Assembly (NCBI GenBank): GCA_905182575.1
Contig: CAJJCA010000008.1
Span: 1,174 to 65,173 of the forward strand
Direction: 5' to 3'
From: an uncultured Flavobacteriaceae bacterium
GTDB taxonomy: Bacteria > Bacteroidota > Bacteroidia > Flavobacteriales > Flavobacteriaceae
DNA: 64,000 bases
Shown: in pieces, positions 54,889 to 64,000 of the stretch
Position numbering within the stretch: position 1 is the stretch's first letter
How the letters are laid out: the number at the start of each line of letters is the position of its first letter
Translations under genes and position numbers: made by a program
The notes under the pieces: generated by a model
Told to the model about the DNA's origin: nothing
Seen by the model: the letters and a program-made list of their open reading frames with translations, nothing else
Databases searched by the model: none

Positions 54889-56445
54889 TTACGACTCTCT
54901 TGGCGTCATTACAACAAAGGGAACAATCATTTCTTCCATAGAAACCCCACCGTGTTGGAAAGTATTTCTGAAGTGAGTCGCGAAGTGATTAAAATTATTT
55001 TGAAAGACAAAGTATTGACTTCCTTTTGCAAAAATAAATTTACTATTTAAGTGCTCAGCGGGGAGCATGAATTCTTCAGGATTGGCAACTTCAATAATAT
55101 CTTTTGAATTGTGACTAACGTTTCTTCCTGTTTTATATCGCAGGTTAGTGCCAGCGTCTTTCGTAGAAATAATTTCGGTTGCTTGATCAACGTTTATAGT
55201 TCCATGATCAGTAGTTATCGCAAGTTTAAATCCTAGTTTTTGTGATTTTTGAATAATGTCAAGTAGGGGGGAGTTTTCAAACCAGGACAGTGTGAGAGAA
55301 CGAAAAGCCTTGTTGTCAGGAGCAAGCTCCTTTATAATGTCCATTTCCGTCTTGGCATGCGAAATCATGTCAACAAAATTATAAACTAAAACTATTAAAT
55401 CATTTTCAATGTTAGTTTGAAAATTTATGTAGCTCTTTTCCTGCTTTAAGATTTGTTACTTTCACATAACTAAAGGGAATGTCTTTATTCAGCCGTGTTA
55501 GTTGGGCCTGAAGGAATTCAGATTCTTTAAGGTTTTTTCCCCTTTCCTCGTTTTCATTTACCCACAAATCTGGATGTTTATCCTGCATTTCCAATGGGGT
55601 AAGTCCTGAAAAAAGAGCATTTCTACAGTAATGTGTTGCTGTGGGCAACAGACTAAAATATGTAGATTCCTCTTTCGTTACATAATAGTTTTCTATAACT
55701 CGGAGCGATCATTTTCCATTGGTCATATCTTAAATTATCAATCACTAGAAGTAATGTGGTGTCCTTTGTTCCAGGTAATATTTCAGGAAATAACCTTTCT
55801 TTAAAAAGTTGATGAGACATTGTTGGTCCCTCATCATTCATCATCCAGTTCTTATAATTTTGCGCTATAAATTTTGAAAACAAGTGATTGGCTTCTTTCA
55901 TCTGCTCTTCAAAGATCTCAAGCATCCAGTTGTCTTCGAGTGTTTGGAGTTCCATTTCCCAATAGGTCATCTTCAGATAAAATTCAGTCCAATCCTTAGC
56001 AGTTTATCATAGATAAATCCATTGCTATTTTTCTAAACTCTTGTTGGTAGTTACTGATCGTTTTTTCGGCAATCAAGTTCTTGTGTTGAAATAATTTTTT
56101 AAGCGCCAAAAGAATTTGATGAGGATTAACGGGTTTAATCAAATAATCAGAAATCTTAGCGCCAATGGCTTCCTCCATGATTTGTTCCTCCTCATTCTTT
56201 GTAATCATGATAACGGGAAGGCTTGGCAGGATGATTTTAAGCTCATTTAAGGTCTCCAATCCATTGAGCCCTGGCATGTTCTCATCCAGGAGCACTACAT
56301 CAAACGAGGTGCTTTTGATTAAAGACAAGGCGTCTTGACCATTGTTACAAGAAGTGGTCTGATAGCCTCTTTGTTCTAAAAAAAGAAAGTGAGATTTTAA
56401 AAGCTCAATTTCGTCATCTACCCAAAGAATTTTAATTGATGTCAT
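54889..56445 (-). pseudogene. porX: PorX-like response regulator with PglZ (alkaline-phosphatase-superfamily) output domain, 3 frame breaks
   Basis: A REC domain is intact in 55996-56445 (ILWVDDE...VVLLDENMPGLNG...K). Colinear PglZ pieces follow in 55653-55970, 55412-55648 and 54889-55368 (LLVIDNLRYDQW, HGGVSMEEMIVPF). Confidence 0.75.
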
Positions 56446-56484
56446 AATGTATATCTTTGCATTTTAGAAAAACAATTTTGAAAA

Positions 56485-57734
56485 CAAAAAAGGTTACTTT
56501 TTTAAACGATCCAATCTACGGATTTATTAGCATCCAGTCCCATTAATTTTTAGAGTAATTTCTCACACTTGGTTTCAGCGATTAAGAAGGATCTCTCAAA
56601 TGGGACTTTCTTCTTTGGTTTATCCTGGTGCACACCATACTCGTTTCGAACACGCATTGGGTGGAATGCACCTGATGCAAGAGGCGATTCGGGTTTAAGA
56701 AAAAAAGAGGTTTCAATTTCTGAAAGGAACAAGAGGCCATGCAAATTGCTATTTTATTGCATGATATCGGCCACGGCCCTTTTAGTCATGCTACTGGAGC
56801 ATAGTATTGTGGAAAACTTAAGCCATGAAGCTATTTCACTTCAATTCATGGAAGCTACTTAATATTGAGTTTTATGGTGAGCTTGAATCTAGCTATTTCC
56901 ATGTTTCACAAGGCGAGTATCCTCGAAGGTTTTTTGCACCAACTTATTTCAGGTCAATTAGACATCGATCGTTCAGACTATCTTAAAAGGGATAGTTTTT
57001 ATACTGGAGTGACTGAGGGAAATATAATACACAGATAGAATTTTATCAGTAATGAATGTAGATGAATGATCAACTAGTTTTCGAAAGTAAAGTGGATTCA
57101 CTCGTTTAGAAAAGTTTCTCTTATGGCCAGACGATTGATGTACTGGCAAGTATATCTTCACAAAACAAGCTTTCTGGCAGAATTCGTTCTTGTAAAAGTA
57201 TCTGGAGAGAGTTCGTTTTAGAACATTGAATTGAATCTGGTAATTATATACTAGATCCTTCGCATATTCGCCCGCACTGGTTTTTCAATGTCTCAAAATA
57301 TAACTAAAAGTGATTTTTCGGGGGATTCGCTAGAAAAATTTCTCACTTTGGATGATTCTGACATAATTCAGGGCTTAAAAACATGGCAATATCATGATGA
57401 TTTTATTTTAAGTAAAATGTCTAAAATGTTAATTGAAAGAAACTTGCTTAAAATTAAAATTCAAACAGACCCTTTTGATCCATCTGAAGTTGATTTAAAG
57501 AATGAACTACTTAAAGATTATAGTTTTAAAGAGTCTGATTATCAGAATTTTGTATTTACGGGATCCATATCAAATCAAACCTATGTGCCATTAGATAAAG
57601 AGATATTGATCTTATTAAAAAACGGGAAACTGACCAGTTTGCAAGAAGCAAATCCTTTTTTTAGTTCAAATGAGCTTTCACAAATACAAGTGAAATATTA
57701 TTTATGCTATCCAAGGAATACTAATTTGAGTTAA
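56485..57734 (+). pseudogene. HD-domain (dGTPase-like) phosphohydrolase, heavily degraded
   Basis: Readable only by hopping frames: [18 protein letters not shown] / [52 protein letters not shown] / [10 protein letters not shown] / EQEAMQIAILLHDIGHGPFSHA / LEHSIVENLSHEAISLQFME / LNIEFYGE / LNLAISMFHK...QLISGQLDIDRSDYLKRDSFYTGVTEGN / TDRILSVMNVDE / DQLVFESK / IHSF..RRLMYWQVYLHKT. This implies at least 9 shifts, plus in-frame stops near 57230-57260. Confidence 0.75.
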
Positions 57735-57753
57735 ATTTTATACTTTTGCCACA

Positions 57754-58768
57754 ATGAAATTTACTGCACAACAAATCGCAGTTCAATTGGAAGGTACAGT
57801 AGATGGTGATCCCAACCGCTGAAGTATACCAACTTTCTAAAATTGAAGATGCACAGAAAGGTTCTCTGACTTTTCTCTCAAATCCTAAGTATACCCCCTT
57901 ATATATATAAGACAAAAGCTTCTGTAACTATCGTTAACGATGACTTTGTTGCTGAAAGCGATTTGAATACGACTATTTAGGAACTATACAGATGACCAAC
58001 TCAAAGAATACTATTACAACAAAGTCAAAGTGAAGAAAAAAGGGATTGCTAAATCCGCTGAGATTAATGAGTCTGTTATTATTGGAAAAGACTGCTATGT
58101 TGGATCCATGACTTGTATTGAAGCTGAGACTGTAATTGCTGATAACGTAAAAATATTTTCTCAGGTATTCATAGGGTCAAATGTGAGTATTGGAAAAGGC
58201 ACGATTGTTTTTCCTGGAGCAAGAATATTAGACGATACGATTATTGGACAAGATTGTGTAATTCATAGTGGAGTTGTCATAGGAGCAGATGGCTTTGGCT
58301 TTGTGCCTCAAGAGAATGGAGCCTACAAAAAAATTCCACAAACTGGAATCGTAGTTCTAGGAGACAATGTAGATGTTGGAGCTAATTCCACGATAGACAG
58401 AGCAACCTTAGGGGTTACCTCAATCAGTAATGGTGTTAAACTAGACAATCAAATTCAAATTGCTCACAATGTTGAATTAGGAGAAAACACTGTTATAGCT
58501 GCTCAGTCGGGTATCGCAGGCTCTACTAAAATCGGAAAAAACTGTCGTGATTGGTGGCCAAGCTGGACTTGCGGGGCACATCACAGTAGGTGACAATGTT
58601 AAAATACAAGGGCAATCAGGTGTGATCAGTAGTGTCAAAGACAATATGATCATTCAAGGAACACCTGCTTTCTCCTACAATGCATATAACAAATCTTATG
58701 TTTGTTTTAAAAACCTCCCTGATTTTGCTAAAGAAGTAAATCAAATTAAAAAAAAGCTTGACCTATGA
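57754..58768 (+). pseudogene. lpxD: UDP-3-O-acylglucosamine N-acyltransferase, 3 frameshifts
   Basis: MKFTAQQIAVQLEGTVDGDPN then a shift (extra c near 57818), AEVYQLSKIEDAQKGSLTFLSNPKYTP..., a shift near 57975, left-handed beta-helix hexapeptide repeats in 58030-58540, a shift near 58545, then [26 protein letters not shown]. Confidence 0.85.
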
Positions 58769-60173
58769 ATCAACTCAATTACACTTCAGAAAACCTTATC
58801 AAAAGAGGCTGAACTGAACGGTGTAGGATTACACACTGGAAAACAAGTTAAATTAAAATTTGTTCCTGCACCCGTCAACACTGGTTTTGTATTTGTCAGA
58901 ACCGATGTAACTCCAAATGTGAAAATTCCGGCTGACATTCAGTATGTGATCTAATACAGACCGAGGAACAAACCTTGAAAAGGACGGTTATAAAATACAA
59001 ACTTCCGAACATGTACTTGCAGCACTTGTTGGTATGGGCGTTGACAATTGCTTTATAGAACTAGATGAATCCGAGTCTCCAATTATGGATGGTTCTTCTA
59101 AGTTTTTTGTAGAGGCTATTGAAAGTGCAGGAGTTGTTGAGCAAAATGAAAGACGATGCGAATATGTCGTTACTGAAATAATCTCCTACCGTGACGAAGA
59201 ATCGGGCAGTGAGATTACGCTGATCCCATCCGATACATTTCAAGTAACAACCATGGTTGATTTCCAAACAAAAGTTTTGGGAACTCAAAATGCCTCGTTG
59301 GAAAATATTACTGAATTTAAAGAATGAAATCGCTCCTGCTCGTACTTTTAGCTTTCTACATGAGTTAGAAATGCTTTTGGAAAATGGGCTTATCAAAGGG
59401 GGAGATCTAAACAATGCAATTGTTTATGTCGACAAACCGCTTTCAGAAAGCAATATGGAGCGCCTTAAAGAAGCCTTTGGGAAGGAGAAAATATCTGTAA
59501 GTCCAAACGGAATCTTAGACAACTTAAGTCTGCACTATTCAAACGAAGCCGCACGTCATAAACTTCTTGACGTCATTGGAGATCTAGCACTTGTTGGGGT
59601 ATCCATCAAAGGAAAAGTAATCGCAATTAAACCTGGGCACAAAGTAAATGCTGAGTTTTCGAAAAAACTCTCGCATATTATTAAACAAGAAAGAAGGCAC
59701 AACGTCACCAAAAATCGACCTGAATTCTGAGCCTCTTTTAGACGTTAACGATATTATAAAAATACTACCACACAGGCCACCATTTTTATTAGTAGATAAA
59801 ATATTTGAGCTTTCTAAAACCCACGTAGTCGGTTTGAAGAATGTGACAATGAATGAACCTTTCTTTGCAGGTCATTTCCCCGGTGCTCCAGTAATGCCTG
59901 GTGTATTACAAGTAGAGGCGATGGCTCAAGCGGGTGGGGTATTATTATTAAATACAGTTCCAGATCCTGAAAATTATTTAACATTTTTCATGAAAATGGA
60001 CAATGTAAAATTTAAAAGACCTGTTAAAGCCTGGTGATACACTTATATTTAAGCTAGAATTAATCTCACCCATCCGAAGAGGAATTTGCCACATGCGAGG
60101 GTCTATTTTTGCAAATGGAAACTTGATGACAGAGGGAGAGCTGATGGCGCAGATTATTAAACGTAAAGATTAA
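58765..60173 (+). pseudogene. lpxC-fabZ: Bifunctional LpxC deacetylase / FabZ dehydratase, 5 frameshifts
   Basis: LpxC strings (ELNGVGLHTGKQV, TDRGTNL, SEHVLAALVGMGVDN, PIMDGSS, HKLLDVIGDLAL) and FabZ strings ([32 protein letters not shown]) are present. Shifts are near 58785, 58950, 59322, 59690 and 60029. The start overlaps the lpxD stop. Confidence 0.85.
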
Positions 60174-60959
60174 ATGAAACAACCATTATCCTACATACAC
60201 CCCCAAGCTAAGGTTGCTAAAAATGTAGTAATAGAGCCCTTTACAACAATCGATAAAAATGTTGAAATAGGCGAGGGGACTTGGATTGGATCTAATGTCA
60301 CTATCATGGAAGGTGCAAGGATTGGAAAGAATTGTAGTATTTTTCCAGGTGCAGTAATCGCTGCAGTTCCTCAAGATTTGAAATTTGAAGGGGAAGACAC
60401 TTTGGCTGAAATTGGAGACAACACAACTATAAGGGAGTGCGTAACCATCAACAGAGGTACTTCGGATCGACAAAAAACAAAAATTGGAAAAAACTGCTTG
60501 ATTATGGCTTACTGTCATGTTGCGCATGACTGCTTTATTGGAGATTACTGTATTTTCTCAAACAACAGCACCCTTGCGGGGCATGTAACCATAGGAGATT
60601 ATGTCATTCTTGCAGGTCTAGTGGCAGTACACCAGTTTTGTACAATCGGTGACCATGCATTCATTGCTGGTGGATCTTTGGTTAGAAAAGATGTTCCTCC
60701 CTTCGTTAAAGCAGCAAGAGAGCCATTATCCTATGTGGGAATCAATTCAGTTGGATTAAGAAGACGTGGATTTACATCAGAAAAAATCGCTGAAATCCAG
60801 AATATTTATAGAATTCTTTATCAAAAGAAATTCAATAACAGTCAAGCTTCAGGAATAATCGAAGCCGAAATGGTTGCAACACCAGAGCGCGATGAAATAA
60901 TCCAATTCATTAGTAGTTCACAAAGAGGGATTATGAAAGGTTATTTCCAAAAAAACTAA
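60174..60959 (+). CDS. lpxA: Acyl-ACP--UDP-GlcNAc O-acyltransferase
   Basis: Intact 261-aa ORF with hexapeptide repeats, a HVAHDC catalytic His region and a C-terminal helical domain. Confidence 0.95.
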   Translation: MKQPLSYIHPQAKVAKNVVIEPFTTIDKNVEIGEGTWIGSNVTIMEGARIGKNCSIFPGAVIAAVPQDLKFEGEDTLAEIGDNTTIRECVTINRGTSDRQKTKIGKNCLIMAYCHVAHDCFIGDYCIFSNNSTLAGHVTIGDYVILAGLVAVHQFCTIGDHAFIAGGSLVRKDVPPFVKAAREPLSYVGINSVGLRRRGFTSEKIAEIQNIYRILYQKKFNNSQASGIIEAEMVATPERDEIIQFISSSQRGIMKGYFQKN

Positions 60960-60965
60960 ACTATT

Positions 60966-61534
60966 ATGGCATCAGCATCAGACATTCGCAAAGGACTTTG
61001 TATAAAATACAATAATGATATTTTTAAAATCATCGAATTTCTTCATGTTAAACCTGGAAAAGGTCCCTGCTTTTGTTAGAACAAAGCTTAAAAGCGTCAC
61101 TACAGGTAGAGGTCATCGACAATACTTTCTCTGCAGGTAATAAGATTGAAGACATTCGCGTAGAAACTTCAAAATTCCAATTTTTATATTCTGAAGGTGA
61201 GGACTTTAATTTCATGAATGTAGGAGACTACAATCAAATATCATTAGATAAAAGCATCTTGGACTACCCAGACTTGTTGAAAGAAGGCGAGCTGGTTAGC
61301 ATCTCGATTAATACAGAAGATGGGCTGCCGCTTTCTGTAGACATGCCTGCGAGTGTTGTTTTAGAAGTAACACACACAGAACCTGGAGTAAAAGGCAATA
61401 CGGCAACCAATGCAACCAAGCCTGCCACGGTGGAAACTGGAGCGCAAATCAATGTGCCCCTCTTTATAAACGAGGGAGATAAAATCAAAATTGATACTGA
61501 AAAAGGGAATTATCAAGAACGTGTTAAAGAATAA
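60966..61534 (+). pseudogene. efp: Elongation factor P, one frameshift
   Basis: MASASDIRKGLCIKYNNDIFKIIEFLHVKPGKGP then stop. The other frame continues AFVRTKLKSVTTG..VIDNTFSAG.KIEDIRVE to 61534. An extra c in the ccc run at 61065-61067 explains the break. Confidence 0.9.
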
Positions 61535-61596
61535 CTCCTTCTTAACTTAAGTCTTCTATAAATTCCATATTTTTACCTTAATAATAAATCCACAGA

Positions 61597-62470
61597 ATGA
61601 GCGTATTAGTTAATAAAAACTCTAAAATAATAGTACAAGGTTTTACAGGCGGTGAGGGAACATTTCACGCCACTCAGATGATTGAATACGGAACAAATGT
61701 TGTTGGCGGAGTAACACCTGGCAAAGGAGGGCAAACGCATCTCGAAAAGCCCGTCTTTAATTCAGTGTGAGAAGCTGTAGAAAAAGTAAATGCTGACACT
61801 TCCATCATATTTGTCCCACCCGCTTTTGCTGCAGACGCCATTATGGAGGCTGCCGATGCCGGGATCAAAGTGATTATTTGCATTACAGAAGGAATTCCTG
61901 TTAATGACATGACCAAAGTTGCTTCTACTTAAAAAGTAAAGATTGTCTCTTAATAGGCCCTAACTGTCCTGGGATTAATCACTCCAGAGGAGGCGAAGGT
62001 AGGTATCATGCCTGGTTTTGTGTTTCAAAAAGGGAAATGTTGGAATCATTTCTAAATCAGGTACACTAACTTATGAAGCTGCCGATCAAGTTGTTCGCCA
62101 GGGATTAGGTATTACAACTGCTGTTGGTATTGGTGGAGATCCAATTATTGGAACAACCACCAGAGACGCCGTGAAACTTTTCATGGAAGATCCTGAAACC
62201 GAATGCATCGTCATGATCGGTGAGATAGGAGGACAGTTGGAAGCCGATGCTGCGCATTGGATTAAAGAAAATGGAAATCAAAAACCCGTTGTAGGATTTA
62301 TAGCTGGTGAAACAGCACCTAAAGGAAGAACCATGGGGCATGCTGGAGCTATTGTCGGTGGAAAAGATGACACGGCAGAAGCAAAAAAAGAAATTATGAG
62401 GTCTTGTGGAATCCATGTGGTTGATTCTCCTGCAGACATCGGTAAAAAAGTACTCGAAGTTTTATCTTAG
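61597..62470 (+). pseudogene. sucD: Succinyl-CoA ligase alpha subunit with an in-frame TGA plus 3 indels
   Basis: [24 protein letters not shown]...PVFNSV*EAVE has TGA 61768-61770 at the position of Arg in E. coli SucD (NTVREAV). A -1 shift near 61926 and a +1 near 61977 follow, with a further shift near 62020-62036. The C-terminal part ([10 protein letters not shown]...MGHAGAI) is intact. Confidence 0.9.
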
Positions 62471-62473
62471 GCT

Positions 62474-63223
62474 ATGATTAAATTATTAGAAAATAAAACA
62501 GCCATAATTACTGGAGCAACCAGAGGTATCGGCCGTTCAATTGCATTAGCTTTGGCAAAACATGGATGTAATGTCGCTTTTACTTACAACAGTTCTACAA
62601 CTGCTGCAACTGATTTGGAAAAAGAGTTGACCGCTATTGGTGTTAAAGCAAAATCCTATCAGAGCAATGCAGGTGATTATGATCAATCGCAAAAACTAGT
62701 TGAACAAGTCATAAAAGATTTTGAAAACGTTGATATATTGATAAACAATGCAGGAATCACCAAAGACAATTTACTAATGAGAATTGGTGAAGCTGACTTT
62801 GATGAAGTAATTGAAGTAAATCTCAAATCCGTTTTTAACATGACCAAGGCCATTCAACGAACCTTTCTTAAACAAAGAAGTGGTTCACTGATACATATGA
62901 GTTCGGTGGTCGGGTTAAAAGGAAATGCGGGTCAATCTAACTATGCTGCTTCAAAAGCAGGAATTATTGGATTCTCTAAAGCAATTGCTTTGGAGTTAGG
63001 CTCAAGAAACATAAGGAGCAATGTCATTGCCCCTGGATTTATCGAAACCGAAATGACCGATAAACTCCCTGAAGAAGTTGTTCAGGGATGGAGAGATGGA
63101 ATTCCACTTAAAAGAGGTGGAAAACCTGATGATGTTGCCAATGCTTGCGTATTCCTTGCTTCTGATATGTCAGATTACATAACAGGACAGGTCTTGCAGG
63201 TCGATGGTGGAATGCTAACTTAA
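62474..63223 (+). CDS. fabG: 3-oxoacyl-ACP reductase
   Basis: TGATRGIGRSIA, NNAGIT and SxxxxxxxxxxxxYAASKAG catalytic triad region. The ORF is 249 aa and intact. Confidence 0.9.
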   Translation: MIKLLENKTAIITGATRGIGRSIALALAKHGCNVAFTYNSSTTAATDLEKELTAIGVKAKSYQSNAGDYDQSQKLVEQVIKDFENVDILINNAGITKDNLLMRIGEADFDEVIEVNLKSVFNMTKAIQRTFLKQRSGSLIHMSSVVGLKGNAGQSNYAASKAGIIGFSKAIALELGSRNIRSNVIAPGFIETEMTDKLPEEVVQGWRDGIPLKRGGKPDDVANACVFLASDMSDYITGQVLQVDGGMLT

Positions 63224-63243
63224 ATTAATTTTAAATCTATATC

Positions 63244-64000
63244 ATGAATAAATTACCAAAAATTGGACTGCCAATAATCTTATTGGTTTTTGTACTTAAT
63301 AATCTTTGTCTCTAAATCTTCTATCAACATCGGTTATGGGGAAGCAGGAGTGCTTTTTAAAACCTTTGGTGGAGGTGTAGATACGGAAAACCCACCGGTA
63401 GGGGAAGGATTTCACATTATAGCGCCTTGGAACAAGGTTTACGTTTACAATGTAAAACAACAAGAGGTTTTTGAAAGTAAAATGCAGGTTTTGTCTTCAA
63501 ATGGTCTAGAAATCAGCCTAGATATTTCTGTGCTTTATCAGCCTAAAGTTTCAGAATTAGGGCTTTTGCACAAAACCAAAGGAGAAAATTACCTTAACAT
63601 TATTATCATTCCCTCAAATTCGTGCGGTTGCTAGAAGTGTTGTAGGTCGTTACACGCCAGAGCAATTGTATTCTACCAAAAGAGATGCGATTCAAAATGA
63701 AATTTTCGAAGAAACTAAAAAAGTAGTCGAAAACCAACACGTTCAGTTGAATGCTGTTTTGGTTAGAGATGTTACTTTACCTATTGCAATTCGTGAAGCA
63801 ATCGAACGTAAGCTGAATCAAGAGCAAGAAGCTTTGGAATATGAGTTTAGAATTGAAAAAGCAACGCAAGAGGCTGAGAAACAAAGAATTGAATCTGAAG
63901 GAAAGGCAGAAGCCAACCGTATTTTGAATGCTTCCTTGTCAAGGTTGATTCTACAAGAGAAAGGAATTGAAGCGACACTTAAACTTTCACAATCACCAAA
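63244..64000 (+). pseudogene. SPFH/band-7 (prohibitin-like) membrane protein, 2 frameshifts, 3' end off window
   Basis: MNKLPKIGLPIILLVFVL, then a shift near 63295, then the listed ORF 63290-63634, then a shift near 63610. The frame then stays open to the window end (IRAVARSVVGRYTPEQLYSTKRDAIQNEI...EAIERKLNQEQEALEYEFRIEKA). Confidence 0.75.

Noticed and set aside
57721-57915. A 64-aa minus-strand ORF at the HD / lpxD junction.
   Set aside because: It is antisense to the clearly recognisable lpxD N-terminus (MKFTAQQIA...).

Overview
This is a 64-kb low-GC chromosomal segment with Bacteroidota/Flavobacteriia hallmarks: a T9SS type-B C-terminal-domain cargo followed by PorP/SprF and an OmpA-like partner, a PorX-like REC-PglZ regulator, a fused lpxC-fabZ, and TAnnTTTG-type -7 boxes. 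Gene content is mainly housekeeping and envelope biogenesis: mnmE, uvrA, nth, bcp, msrA, folE, serA-serC, ychF, parE-parC, ppc, aroB, tsaE, lpxD-lpxC/fabZ-lpxA, efp, sucD and fabG. It also holds a GH78 rhamnosidase, a large lectin/repeat adhesin and a YfhO / LTA-synthase-like / flippase trio. I recognise no rRNA, tRNA, CRISPR array, transposase, integrase or phage genes. The dominant signal is gene disruption. About 26 of about 57 protein-coding loci are interrupted by 1-nt indels and/or clean in-frame stops, on the order of 60 lesions by hand count. The disrupted set includes normally indispensable genes (parE, parC, lpxD, lpxC-fabZ, efp), while neighbours such as uvrA, lpxA, fabG, serA/serC and ychF are untouched. 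This is either genuine large-scale pseudogenisation (early reductive evolution or otherwise relaxed selection) or a poor consensus; the sequence gives arguments for both, set out in the findings. I did not find a convincing new multi-gene system such as a defence-island-like cluster. The more unusual single loci are listed as findings. All product calls rest on motif and domain recognition by eye, not on database searches.
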